Shown here piece after piece: positions 26,064-38,885 of a stretch of DNA of 64,000 nucleotides (the first letter of the stretch is position 1; every line of letters begins with the position of its first letter). Below the pieces are notes generated by a model. The model did no database searches, was not told where the DNA came from, and saw only the letters and a list, made by a program, of their open reading frames with translations. A program made the translations under genes and the position numbers. Source of the stretch: Chiloscyllium plagiosum (Eukaryota); contig NC_057718.1 of assembly GCF_004010195.1 (NCBI RefSeq), positions 3,176,249-3,240,248 of the forward strand, written 5' to 3'.

Positions 26064-26408
26064 GTGTAAATATCCCGGTCCTTCTCCAGTCTCCGAGCCT
26101 GGAATGTGTCACCGAGGGTCACGCTGCCCAGTTACAGTGCACCGTGAGGAACACTGCAGTGACATGCACCAATGTATGCTGGCACCGGGAACAACCAGGA
26201 AATAAGATGGAGTGGGTTTTAACACATGATGTGAGGAACATCACACAATGGAGCCCAGGACTTACTGAGCGATTCCAGTCTTCCAGAGACCCCTCCAATA
26301 ACAGCTTTATTCTGACCATCATAAACATGCAGCCCAATGATGCTGCGGTCTATTATTGTAAAGCGTGGGGAGACATCAGTGGGAATGGAACCCAGCTGAC
26401 TGTAACAG
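26064..26408 (+). CDS. VJ exon 3: pre-joined Ig V-set domain, open frame, canonical splice sites
   Basis: ttttctctgaaag acceptor and GTAAAT donor, 345 bp. (G)VNIPVLLQSPSLECVTEGHAAQLQCTVRNTAVTCTNVCWHREQPGNKMEWVLTHDVRNITQWSPGLTERFQSSRDPSNNSFILTIINMQPNDAAVYYCKAWGDISGNGTQLTVT. Confidence 0.9.
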
Positions 26409-26763
26409 GTAAATCCTGTTTACCTTAGAATAATCTGATACAGTAACCATTTCCACATGGATTTATTGGAGAGAAGAATATGTTAAATTCCTCTGATAAA
26501 GAGAAAGCAGAGAGCTCGATATAAACATAGAACAATTCTCGGCTTTTACTCACAGATAGAATAAAACGTTTCTCCTCTTGGACCAGTTCCTCAATTTCAA
26601 ACTCTTTCTCTTCTCTGTCTTTCTGCTTCTCCATCTCGTTTGTTCTCAGTGTTGGATTTAACATTCCCCTGTCTCTGTCTGGTTTTGTTTCATTCATTCT
26701 TGGGATGTGGCCATCACTGGCCAGGCTGGTACTTGTTGTCGATTGTGCATGGCCCTTGAGAAA

Positions 26764-27080
26764 ATTAGATTAGATTAGATTAGATTAGTGTGGAAACAGG
26801 CCCTTCGGCCCAACAATCCACACCGACCCGCCGAAGCTCAAACCACCCATACCCCTACATTTACCCCTTACCTAACACTACGGACAATTTAGCATGGCCA
26901 ATTCACCTGACCTACACATCTTTGGTCTGTGGGAGGAAACCGGAGCACCCGGAGGATACCCACGCAGACACAGGGAGAATATGCAAACTCTACACAGTCT
27001 GTCGCCTGAGGCGGGAAATGAACCCGGGTCTCTGGCGCTGTGAGGCGGCAGTGCTAACCACTGTGCCACCACGCCACCCA
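26764..27080 (-). mobile_element. HE1-type V-SINE
   Basis: A box TGGCACAGTGG, B box GGTTCATTTCC, (TCTAA)n tail. Confidence 0.88.
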
Positions 27081-28514
27081 CTTGTGGCAGAGAAGAAATG
27101 TCTTCTCTGCCACAGGAAGCAGCTGAGACCAAAACATTGAATGTTTTCAAGGAAGAGTTAGATATAGTTCTGCGGTAAGGGGAGAATGTGGGAATAAGGG
27201 ACTGAACTGGAGGCACAATGGGCTGAATGGCCTACTTCAGGTCCTATTTTGTATGTTTGAGAAGGTGATGGTGAGCTGCCTTCCTGAGCAGTATGGTCCA
27301 CTTGGTGTTAGGACATTTGACCCACTGACACCGAAGGAACGATGATGATGATGCACCATATATACCTGAGTATAATTCAATCTCATGTAAAACTCAACTC
27401 CTTATTTCTGCTCCAAAAATCAGGATTTTTCCATATGTCTCATGTAAAAGTCAACACTATTTCTTCACAGATAACAGATCAACATTTGAGTCCGTGTGAC
27501 TGCCCCTTGGGCTCTGCTCCAGCTTTCCAGTCTGCTGGCCATGCGATTTTCTTCCGGAGTATTCCAGTCCACTGTCCATCATACTCCTATCCAGATTTTC
27601 AGAATTACTGCAATTTTTGTGTTTTCTTCTTTATTCATTTAGACTTTAATTTTGTTTCTGCCAATGATACAGTATGAATTTTGATGAGCATGAATTTCAG
27701 CCCCTCAAATGTGGTACCCCTGTAATAGTCGACCTCATACATTTAACCTTAAAAAGTAGTCAAAAAACTTCAACTATTACTTGAGTATATACGGAGTGTG
27801 TATACTGGGCACTGAGATACGATACGACAATACCATTCTCCTGGGCAGGCAGAAGCTGCTGTTAGAGGAACTTTAGTGAGTTACTGAAGGGCATCTTGTA
27901 GATGGTACCCACTGTACATCAGTGTAAAAGGAAGTGAATGTTGAAGGTGTTAGTTGGGATGGCAATCAGGCGAGCTGTTTTCTTCCGGATGGCGTGAAGC
28001 TTCTTGAATGTTGTTGGAGCTGCACCCATCCAGGCAAGTTGTTCCATTATCCTCAGGATTTCTGCTTTGTCAATAGATGGTAGGCAGGCTGTGGGAGGCA
28101 GAGTGTGAGCTACTCAACTCGGCCTGTATTTATCTTTAATTTGAGAGTTTAACAGAATACAAAGGGATTTGTTTTGTAGAAAGTTGGTGTACTCCATAGA
28201 CATTCACTCCCATGAATCAGTTCCACGTTAAAACTGGATGTGTTTCTCAATGTCAATTAAACTCAAGGTGAAACTGGACTCCAGTGTAACTCATTAAGAT
28301 GTGAGTAATTTATCTGGAACATTTCAAACTTTCAGCTCTCAAGTCTTTGGACCGTCATTTCCCACAAGTCTCTGCAGCTCCTGTTCTGCTCAATGATACT
28401 CCCCCACCTCCACCTCTGATGTCTTGTCCTGAACTAAACCCTTCCTCACCCCACCCTGGTTACTCCCCTTCTTATGATCCTCATTCATTCACTTAATCCA
28501 AGCTTCACAGACAG

Positions 28515-29100
28515 AGGGACATAGGAACAGGAGTCAGCCATTCAGCCCATTATGCCTGCTCCAGCACTCAGTTAAATGATAGATGATCTGATATTAATCT
28601 CAATTCTACATTCTTGCCCATCCCTGTTCACCTTTCACCCTGAGTCATCACAAATCTCCCTCCATCTGCCTTAAAAACATTTCAAAATTCTGCATCCACT
28701 GCCTTTTGATGAAGGGAATTCCAAAGACTCAGAACCCTCTGAGAGAAAAAAACATTTCCTCATCTCAGTCTTCAACGTGCACTCCCCTATTTTTAAACTT
28801 CCCTCTAGTTCTAGATTCTCCCTGAAGAGGAACCATCCTTTCCACGACCACAGGTTTCAATGAAGGCCCTTCTGAGCCCAATGGGATCCAGAGTGAACAC
28901 ATCTGGTGACAGGGTTTGCAGCTTGAGGAAGTTTGGATCTGAGTTGAGGAGCTGGAGTCTGAACTGCAGACATTGTGTCACATCAGGGAAGGGGAAGGTT
29001 CCCTGGAAATCTTTCTCCAGAGGGTGCTCCCACACCTTGGATTCGGGAATTGGAGATGAGTCATGGATTAGGGGCAGGAGGCTGTGACTGCAGGTATGGG
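28515..29100. mobile_element. Old CR1-type fragments (3' end on -, ORF1-like remnant on +)
   Basis: 3' UTR similar to 2725-3190; 28850-29100 resembles the ORF1 zinc-finger/coiled-coil region at 3.9-4.1 kb. Confidence 0.5.
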
Positions 29101-29812
29101 TCCCAGGCCTTTCTAACAGTGAGCCCAATGTCACAGATTTGTGTTCGGGACACAACTCCAAGGATTCCCCGACCATGGGATATTAACCCAGGTCAGGAAT
29201 GGAAGGGAAAGTCTGAGGTACCAATCAGAAGGGTTTCAGTTTGCCCATTGCTGACTCAATTCCAGGCAAGTGCAATCAGGGTCTATCTGGCTCAGACAGA
29301 ATCAGAGAATCACAGAAAAATTCCAGTGCAGAAGGAGACCATTCAGCACATCCTGTCTGCACTGACTCTTCAAATGAGCATCATTCCCGACTGCCAATGT
29401 CCTGCTCTCTCCCCACAGTGTTAGGAGACAGAATCGGATGGAGCAACAGTGAATCAGAGGGTGTGCTCAGGGAGCATCGATTACAGGCTGTTTGAAACTT
29501 GCAGCTTTTTTCTTTCAGTTTTTAGTGAGAATGAAACTTTTTAAATGGCTGCTCAGTCTATTCCAATCAGTCAGCTCTGACCATTGTGAAATTCTCCTCT
29601 TGATAGTTTATTCACAAAATGAATCACAGCAGCAAATTGGAAAGCATTCAGTGATTGATATGTTTCAAATCATTCCCCCTCAAATCACAAACGGCAATAT
29701 CCACACAAGAAGTTTCAGTTCATCCTCTGCAAATTATTATTTAACCAGGAGGAGATTTTATAAGATGTTACAAATCCAGTTACCTTATTTTTTTTCTCTT
29801 CAATGTGAACAG

Positions 29813-30160
29813 ACCCATTGGCTGATCCAGTCCTCATTCAGAATCCAGTGGTCAGCAAGGTAGCAGAGGATGAAACTGTCGAGTTCCAGTGTGCCATGCA
29901 CAATGCCAGTGTGATTGACACTGATGTGCATTGGCACTACCAGTGACCTGGCAGCAACAGGGAGTGGGTGATAAACCACTTTGTGAATGGCACTCTCATC
30001 AAGGCCCAGAGTTTCCATGATTGTGTTCAGTTTTCCAGGAATGTCGGCAGGAACAGTTACATTCTGAGCATTGTGAATGTGATGCTCAATGATACTGCTG
30101 TGTACAGCTGCAGTGTGTGGAGCTACATCTATGGAGCAGGGAGCCAGCTCATTGTAACTG
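29813..30160 (+). pseudogene. VJ exon 4, divergent subfamily, one in-frame stop
   Basis: AG/GTAAGT borders, 348 bp. (D)PLADPVLIQNPVVSKVAEDETVEFQCAMHNASVIDTDVHWHYQ*PGSNREWVINHFVNGTLIKAQSFHDCVQFSRNVGRNSYILSIVNVMLNDTAVYSCSVWSYIYGAGSQLIVT; TGA at 29944-29946. Confidence 0.9.
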
Positions 30161-31659
30161 GTAAGTCAATGTGAGGGAACACTGGTGTGACCAGGGAAGG
30201 GAACACCCTGCTGCTGTGTTTCATCAGTGGAAGGACAGAATGGTCATCAATGCCAGGTATTCCCAAGGCAGCGTGGGGAGTGGCTTGAAGGGGAACTTGC
30301 AAGGGATGATGTTCCCATGTATCTGCTGCCCTTGTCCTTCTACATGATGGAGGCTGTGGGTTTGGAAGGTGAGTCTGAAGATGTTTGGTGAACTTCTTCA
30401 GTGTATGTTGCAGATAGTGCACAGCAGGGAGTCAGTGGTGGTGGGAATGGGTGCTTGTGACTGTGGTGGCCAGTACTGCCAATTGTTTTGTCCTGGATAA
30501 TGACAAGATTCTGGAGTGTTTTTGGAGCTTCACTCAGACAGGGAAGTGGGGAATATTCCATCACACTCCTGACTTGTGCATTGTTGATAGTGGCCAGGCT
30601 TTGGGGAGTTACTATCCTGAGGAAATCAAGATTAATGTTATAGACAATCTTAGACGTTACTCAGACTGAAGTGACTGTGTGTGTGTGTGTGTGTAACATT
30701 CTGATAATTTACAGAAGAATCTTCCCATGGTATTCCCTGGGCTTCAGATCCCATTTTAATCATTTGCACCATTCTGGGCCTCACTGTATTGATCTGCATT
30801 GTCCTGCTCACATTTTTCCTTTGGAAGCAAAAGCTGTGTTCATTAGTCAAGCGTTCCACACAAAGGTAAATCCCATTTCTTCTTCGGTTTGATTCTGTCC
30901 CTGCACTGACATTTGGGGTGATTGTTTTTAGTGAGTGCTGATATTCCCACTGCAGCATGCAGTTCCATTGTAAATAGTGGATCAGTGACTGTCGAGACCA
31001 TCCCACATGTCCATGTGGCCAATTACTGCCAGTTTGCTCCATCTCTGGTATTACACATCCTCCAGTGCCAGGTCGCAGGTACCTGCTGGTGACACTAAGC
31101 AAGCTTTGAATAGGTCGATCATTCAACATCATCACCTGCAGGACCCCCAGTAGGTATTGGATAATTACCCACTGAGCCCATGTCAGGATCTGCCTTAGTG
31201 CTGAGGCCTCATTGACAGCGCAGTGCCTTCGGCTGAGATGACCAAGTGAGTGTCAGATCACTCGGCCCAAAAGCCCATGCTGGCCTTTCTCTTCCACATC
31301 TTTCTCCTGTTCCCCCATCCATTAAACCCCCTTTATCCTCACACCTGTCTCCAATCAAATCCTGAATGTTGACATTGATCCTTCACCTGCCATTAATCTG
31401 GAGTGACTCCCAGAGCGATTTGACTGTCTGAGTGAAGAGATTTCCTGAGTGCCTGGACTCTATCTTTTCTGTTGCAATTTGTATTGATGATCCCTCATTC
31501 TTCACCCCTCAATATTCGGCTTCCATCTCATTCACTGCTCCTTTAAAGGATTTTAAATAATTTGATTTAGTCCCAAAGTCTGGTTCATCCAATGATATAA
31601 AGACATACTTTCCTTGAAATTCCATTTTATGTACTGGGAATCATCCCAGTGAGTTGTTG

Positions 31660-32165
31660 ACCATAAGAAATAGGAACAGGAGTAGGCCATTTAATCCCTA
31701 AAGTCTGCTATCCAAGCCAATAGGATCATGGCTGATCCAACATTCCTCTCATCCACTCTCTTACCTTTCTCTATTACCCTCAAATCCCCAACTGATCAAG
31801 ATTTCTATCTCAAAACTTAAAAGAATCTGCCCCCACAGCTCTCTATGGCAAGGTGTTCCAAAGACACTCAACCCTTACAGATAAGAAATTCCTCTTCATT
31901 TCAATCTTAAATTGGTGTCCTGTTATCCTGAGACTGTCCTGTGGCCCTAGACTCTCCCATGAGGGGAAACATCCTCTCAGCATGAACTCTTTCAAGCCCC
32001 TTAAGAATCTTTAAAATGCAATCACCTCTCATTGTTCTCCTCTCCAGTGCGTAGAGTCCCAACTGGTTCAGCCTTTGCTCATAGGACACGCCCTCCCCAC
32101 CAGGGATCATCTTTATGAACCTTCTCTGAATTGCCTCTATTAAATGATATATTTTCTTAAATAAG
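31660..32165 (-). mobile_element. CR1-type 3' end fragment
   Basis: MIPG..G.SYEQRLNQLGLYALERR.MRGD motif. Confidence 0.75.
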
Positions 32166-34486
32166 GCAATCTTGCTGACTGTACTTCAGAGTGCAGATCA
32201 GTCTCTCAGTCTTCACAGCTTCATGACCTTGAAGAGAAGAGGAGAGCTCTGTCAGTGTCTGGAGGCTGATGTAATGTTCACTCTGAGTCAAGGATGCACA
32301 TGCCTAGACGATCTTAACTAATATTCAAAAGATAAAGAAGTTTGTCTTGATGCTGAAATTGTAAATGGTGATTTTGAGAAGATTGTTTGAATCTAGCAGT
32401 GAGTGTAAATACAGTGGGAAGTTAAAGTATTGTCCGTACACGGGGAGCCCAGTGGATCACTGTATCCAGCTGAGTCTAGTTCCTGTTTATCCATGACCCT
32501 CCAGCTCAGGCTACAGTGTCTTTTTACTGAGAAAGACACTCAAACAGAATTGAAATGTAGCACCCATATCAGTCTCTACTCTGTCTCCAAATATGACGGT
32601 TATTCTCATATTCATCTGTGGAATATAGGCATCAGTGGCTGGGCTCAGTATTTATTCCCCTGGAGAAGGCGATGGTGAGTTGCCTTCTTGGACTGCTGCA
32701 GTCCAGTGCACATGCTGTTTGTTGCATTCCAATGCAAAGATCAGCTCCTAACACAAGCAGCAGGGTGGGGTCTTGATTGGGAACCAGAGACTAGTGATTT
32801 CACTTGCCCCCAGCCCAAGCCTTTTTTTGTCCATTCCTCCCTGCTGGAATATTCTTTCTGAACCTCTGGGATAACAGAGATAAAAGTCAATTCCATCTCT
32901 AAACATCTTTTTAAATGATTGATTTATTGATGTTAAAACATGAGCAGTTTACACATGAATAGAGTTTGAAACTTACTTGAACCAGAAGCTAACATCAGAT
33001 ATTTTTTGTGAAAGCCTGAGGGTTAATCTTTCCTCACTCTCACTTTTCAGCTGGTTCCTGTTCCATTGTGGAGAAGTCGCTGGGAAATGATTGGATACAT
33101 TGTTAAGGGGTTTCTCTGTGCAGGGGCAGTATCTCTCTCTCTGAGACAGATCATCTGGGTTCAAGTCCCAACTGCCCCAGAGTGGGGTCAGAACAGATTA
33201 AAAAATAACAATCAAAGGTGGGCTTGAACCAGAAATCTTCTGATAACATCACAGGCCAGAGCAAAGTTGTAAATCTATTTGTTGATGACTTGCTCCAGCT
33301 CCTTTTGAACATAAGTTTCTTTTTCAGTCTGTACCAGCTGAAAGAGCAATAAGTTTCTGGAAAAAATCTCTCCCTTCCGCAGATGGAAACAACAACAATT
33401 TGGCCAAGTTTCCAAGCATGCCCTCTGGTTTGGTCAAATTCTTTCCATTTTTTGGTCACATAAATTCTGCTCTTTTTAGAATAAGATCCAAGTTTTTAGA
33501 TTATCCTTTTCATCTTTAAACTGGTCTCAAGTCCATGGTGAAAAGTGTAAAATCCATCATCCCCGAGACTGTGAACATGACAGTGTTGTTCTGTGGTAAA
33601 TGTGCAATAAATCGAACGTGTTGCATTTATTTAGGAGCCCTGTTGAAGACCAGAACATTGTGTATACAACAGTAAATGGCAAGCAAACTAATTCCATCAT
33701 TATCACAACATTGGGCAGGAATTACTCTTTGTTCCAAACATCCATTTTACACAGTTAAATTCCTGATGTTGTTGATAAGCTCCTGGTTAGAGCAGCTCAT
33801 TTCACTGACTGACACAATTTACCATCATGGTCACTCACTGGGACATATTCACATGAGGCTGCAGATGTTCCTTAACAATGGAACTTATGTTTATTCCACC
33901 AAACAGAGAAAAGAATATACCACGTGTGTGTATATATTTATTACCTTAACACACTCATTAAAATTCCCATCACTATCCATTACAGAAGCACAAATCTGGA
34001 GAAAGTATACTTCAATCTCAACTCTTTACTTTCCCAATGTACTGATTCCTGTTCATTTCTCTGTCTTCAACTGCCATAACAATTCCATGGTTTTTCTCTG
34101 AATCCAAATGAATTAATCAATCGATGTTCTAATGTCTCAACATTTTCAATTTGAACAAGGTGAAGGTTTCTGTCCCAAAATCTCCCTGTTTGGAGAAGTT
34201 CACAAAAGGGAAAAACATTGCTGCTGTCATGACTGTTTTCTTCTCCATTGAAAACTCGAGCTGGGAGAGAAACTCAAACTTCATTCTGAATTCAACTCCT
34301 GGTTGTTTTCAACTTAATCTTTGTGTTAATCAAACTGAACTCAAAATAAAACATTTATACTGTCTGCTATAAATTCAGAAGTATAGCTATTATTTATTTA
34401 ACACTCCAGAGGTTCTCCCAACTCCCGGATGGCATTCACGTATCATCTTGAAATGGCTGCGTTGAATTACTGTTCCAGAATGACTT

Positions 34487-36940
34487 TAGAACATAGAACA
34501 TTACAGTGCAGTACAGGCCCTTCAACCATTGATGCTGTGCTGACCTGTGGAACCAATCTGAAGCTCATGTCGCCTACACTATTTCATTTTCATCCATATG
34601 TTTATCCAATGACCATTTAAATGCCTTAAAGTTGGTGGGTCTACTACTGTTGCAGGCAGTGCATTCCATGCCCTTAATTCTCTCTGAATAAAGAAACTAC
34701 CTCTGACATAACCCCTCAATTTAAAGCTAGCCTTCACCATCCAAAGAAAAAGAATCTCAATGTCTACCCTATCTAACCTAAGTTTCAATTAAGTCACCTC
34801 TCAAACTTCTTCTCGCTAACAAAAACAGCCCCAGCTGTTCTTCATAAGACCTTCACCCCATACCAGGCAACACCTTTGTAAATCTCCTCTGAACACTTTC
34901 CAAAGCTTCCACATACTTCTTATGCTGCATGACCAGAATTGTCCGCAATAGTCCAAGTGTGGCCACACCAGAGTTTTGTACAGCTGCAGCATAACCTCGT
35001 GACTCCAAAACTCAATCCCCTTACCAATAAAAGCTAACATACCGTATGCCTGCTTAACAATACTATCAACCTGGGTGGCAACTTTCAGGGATCTATGTAC
35101 ATAGACGCCAAGATCTCTCTGCTCATCTACACTAACCAGAATCTTACAACTAGCCGAGTACTCTTTATTCTTGTTGCTCCTTCCAAAGTGAATCATCTCT
35201 CACTATTCTGCATTTAACTCCATTTGCCACCTCTCAACTCAGCTCTGCAGCTTATCTATGCCCATATGTAACCTGCAACATTCTTCAGCACTGTCTACAA
35301 CTCTACCAACCTTAGTGTCATCCGCAAATTTACTAACCCATCTTTCTACACACTCATCTAGGTCATTTAGAAAAATGACAAATAGCAGTGACCCCAAAAC
35401 AGATCTTTGCGATACACCACTAGTAACTGAACTCCAGGATGAACATTTCCCATCAACCAACACCCTTTGCTTTCTTTCAGCTAGCCAATTTCTGATCTAA
35501 ACCGCTAAATCACCCTCAATCCCATGCCTCCATATTTTCTGCAATAGCTTACCATGGGGAACCTTATCAAATGCCTTAGTGAAATCCATATTTACCCTCA
35601 TCCAACTGTTTGGTCACCTTCTCAAAGAACTCACTAAGGTTTGTGATGCACAACCTACACTTCACAAAGCTAACCCAAATCAACTTATTCTTCTCACCAT
35701 GATTATAAATTCCAACTCGTATAATCTTTTCCAACACTTGACCTACAACCGAAGTAAGGTCCAGCAGCCTATAATTACCAGGATTGTTTCTACTCCCCTT
35801 CTTGAATAAGGGGACAACATTTTCTCCCCTCCAGTCTTCTGGCACTATTCCTGTAGACAATGACCTCATAATGATCAAAGGCAAAGGCTCTGCAATCTCC
35901 CCCCTGGCTTCCCAGAGAATCTTAGAGTGAATCCCATCCAGCCCTGGGGACTTAACATTTCTGGAAAGTGTGAAAATAGATAACACCTCCTCCTTGTGAA
36001 CCTCAATCCTGTCCAGTCTAGTATTCTCCTCGACTACATTGTCTTTTTCCAGTGTGAATACTGATGAAATATATTCATTTAGAGCTTCCCCTATCTCGTC
36101 ATACTGCATGCACAACTCCCCACTACTGTCTTTGATTGGCCCTAATCTTTCTCTAGTCATTCTTTTGTTCCAGATATACCTATAGAAAGCTTTAGGGTTT
36201 TACTTGATCCTACTTGTCAACGACGTCTCATGGTCCCTCCTGGCTCTTCTTAGCTCTCTCCTTAGGTTTTTCCTGGCTAACTTGTAACTCTCAAGCACCC
36301 TGAGTGTTCATGTCTCATCCTGACATAATCCTCCTTCTTCCTCTTGACAACAGCTTCAACATCTTTAGTAAACCATGGCTCCCTCTTTCAACCACTTCTT
36401 CCCTGCCTGACAGGTCCATGCTTATCAAAGACGCGCAGTAGCTGTTTCTTCAATATGCTCCAGATTTCAATTGTGCCCATCCGTCCCAGTTACCTTCCCC
36501 ATCCTCTGCATTCTAAATTGTGTCTAATAACATTATAACTGCCTTTCCCCCAGCAATAAGTCTTGCCTGCGGAATATACCTATCGCTTTCCATCACTAAA
36601 GTAAACATAACCGAATTGTGGTCACTATCACCAAAGTGCTCACCTACCTTCAAATCTAATACCTGACCGGGTTCATTACCCAGTAACAAATCCAACATGA
36701 CCTTGCTCTTGTTGGCTTGTCTACATACTGTGTCAGGAAACCCTCCTGCACACTTTGGACAAAAACTGACCCACAAATAGTACTCGAACTATCGTATTTC
36801 CAGTCAATATTTGGAAAGTTAAAGGTCCCCATAACAAAGACGCTCTTACTCTTTCTCCTACCCTGAATTATTTTTACTATTCTTTCCTCTACATCTTTGG
36901 AACTATTTGGAGGCCTATAGAAAACTCCCTTTCCTGTTTC
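34487..36940 (-). mobile_element. 5'-truncated CR1 LINE ORF2
   Basis: GVFYRPPNS, FNFPNIDW, GDSDH, SPGLDGI, VPLFKKG, KFADDTK, LYKTLV.PHL.YC.QFW; tail GTTCTATGTTCTA. Confidence 0.92.
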
Positions 36941-38389
36941 TAACCTTTCTGATAAAGAGCAGGGTTGTGGGGTTGAGCATAATAACACTTTAAAAGATCT
37001 AATGTGGGTGTGATTGGCGGAGGGTGCTCTCTCTCTGTGCTGAGTTTGTCTGATTGACATGATGAACTATAACGAAGAGCAGTGTCCAGGATTCCCACCA
37101 GCTACCTTCCTCTAAAACTGCCCAAAGTCACACTGGCATTTTCCCCTCACCATCTTTCCCAGTTGAAAGAGCTCGATTGTGACTTGGCTCCATTCTGAAG
37201 AGGTTTCATTCTGTTTTCTTTCAGATCGAACACGGAGCAGTGAGCGAGCAGCAGTTTCTCCTTTTGTGGGAAGGAAATGGGACACCGCTGTTTGCTTTTG
37301 CTGCATTTTGATAAGCAAGAGCCACATCCGGGACGAACTTCAGTATCGCCAGAACGATAACAAATCATAACTTGCAACATACAGAAAGCCTCTGTTCTAC
37401 AACAGGCTCTGAGTGAAAATAATCAAAGAGCAATCAATCATTACCTTCTTTTTAATCTTGGAACAAGATGCATGGATAGAAATGTCCACAACGTTCCAGT
37501 GCCTGGGATGTGCTCTCATATTTTGTGGGAGTACCATCACAGACAGAATGCCCTGGGGTCTATGTTCCTCTTCATGGATTGTTCAGGTGCAGGGGGACCC
37601 TCTGAGGGCTGAGATTAAGAAGGGGGAATGAGCCAGTACCTTGTGGCTGTAATTCAATCTCAGTTCCACCTTCCTTCACCATCCCCAATGTTCTTCATTC
37701 CCTCAGTATCCAACCGATTGCTGTCTGGTGTCTGTGAGGAGCTGAAACCCACAACAAGCCCTGGGTCAGGGAGATTCAATCCCTGCTCTGCTCCAACTGA
37801 GCTGACTGCATTTAGGGGAGAGAGGAGCTTAGCTACATTGACCTTAGCACTCAAGGTTAAGAAGGGGGGATGAGCAGGCATTCCAGCTTTTCCCTCCCGG
37901 ATCATGATCCTGACATCCTTGTATACCAGCCAGGGGTCATTGGAGACTCTCTTGCTGCTCATTCAGATGGTTGTCGATTCACGCCTGTCACAGATTTGAG
38001 CACAGATTTTGTGCTGACCCTCCAGGACAGTACTGAGGGAGTGCTGCTCAGTAAAAGCTGCCCCTCTTTTGGGTGAGGAGTGAAATCTGGATCCTCTCTG
38101 CGCCTTGGATGGATGCAAAACATCTCTGGGCATGACTTTGGCAGAGAGCAGAGAGGTTCTGCTGAACTCCCTGGGTGATGTGTGTCTATTCCCTAACATT
38201 CACCAAAGTAGCCCATCTGCTCAGCGCTACTGCTGCTGGGATCTTGCTGTATACAAGTGAGCACCTCCCGGTGTCTGTGAGATGATTACTGAGTGATGTT
38301 TGTGTTCGATTCCATCTGGCTGAAGGGGAATGTCATTATGCTGAGGTTCACTTTCACCGACAAGGAAGCAGCCAGCCGACAGTGACAGC

Positions 38390-38720
38390 TGCTGAAAGGA
38401 TCTCGGAGTACGCAGTTATAAAACGGGCAAGAAACTAAAGTTCAGCAGGACCCTTTCACTCTGCAGCAAGAACAGTTCATTCGAGTAGAAGCATCTCAGC
38501 TTCAACTTCACATTCACCCAGATTCAGGCTTCCTCAACAACAACTGTTCTGCTGAAAGGATCTCGGAGTACGCAGTTATAAAATGGGCAAGAAACTAAAG
38601 TTCAGCAGGACCCTTTCACTCTGCAGCAAGGAGCAGTCAAGAACAGTTCATTCGAGTAGAAGCATCTCAGCTTCAACTTCACATTCACCCAGATTCAGGC
38701 TTCCTCAACAACAACTGTTC
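38390..38720. repeat. Two near-identical tandem copies of a 160-bp unit (second copy 11 bp longer)
   Basis: TGCTGAAAGGATCTCGGAGTACGCAG... starts at 38390 and 38550. Confidence 0.9.
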
Positions 38721-38739
38721 CATGTCCATATATTTCCAT

Positions 38740-38885
38740 GACCCTGAGATTCTTGGGCATTCAGACCCTCCCAGACCCTGAGATTCCTGGGCATTCAGAC
38801 CCTCCCAGACCCTGAGATTACTGCACACTTAGACCCTCACAGACCCTGAAATTACTGGGCACTCAGACCATCCCAAACCCTGATA
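38740..38885. repeat. 34-bp minisatellite, about 4 copies
   Basis: Unit AGACCCTGAGATTACTGGGCACTCAGACCCTCCC. Confidence 0.9.

Noticed and set aside
27480-27600. C1-like stretch YDGQWTG...DWKAG on the - strand
   Set aside because: Lacks both cysteines, is bounded by stops and has no supporting splice sites.
32970-34300. Several - strand exon-like pieces with loose mutual similarity
   Set aside because: No consistent frame or recognisable domain; cannot be supported without a search.
38740-38885. CRISPR-like array of 34-bp repeats (also 49715-49930 and 46107-46203)
   Set aside because: Head-to-tail repeats with no unique spacers, in eukaryotic DNA with no cas genes.
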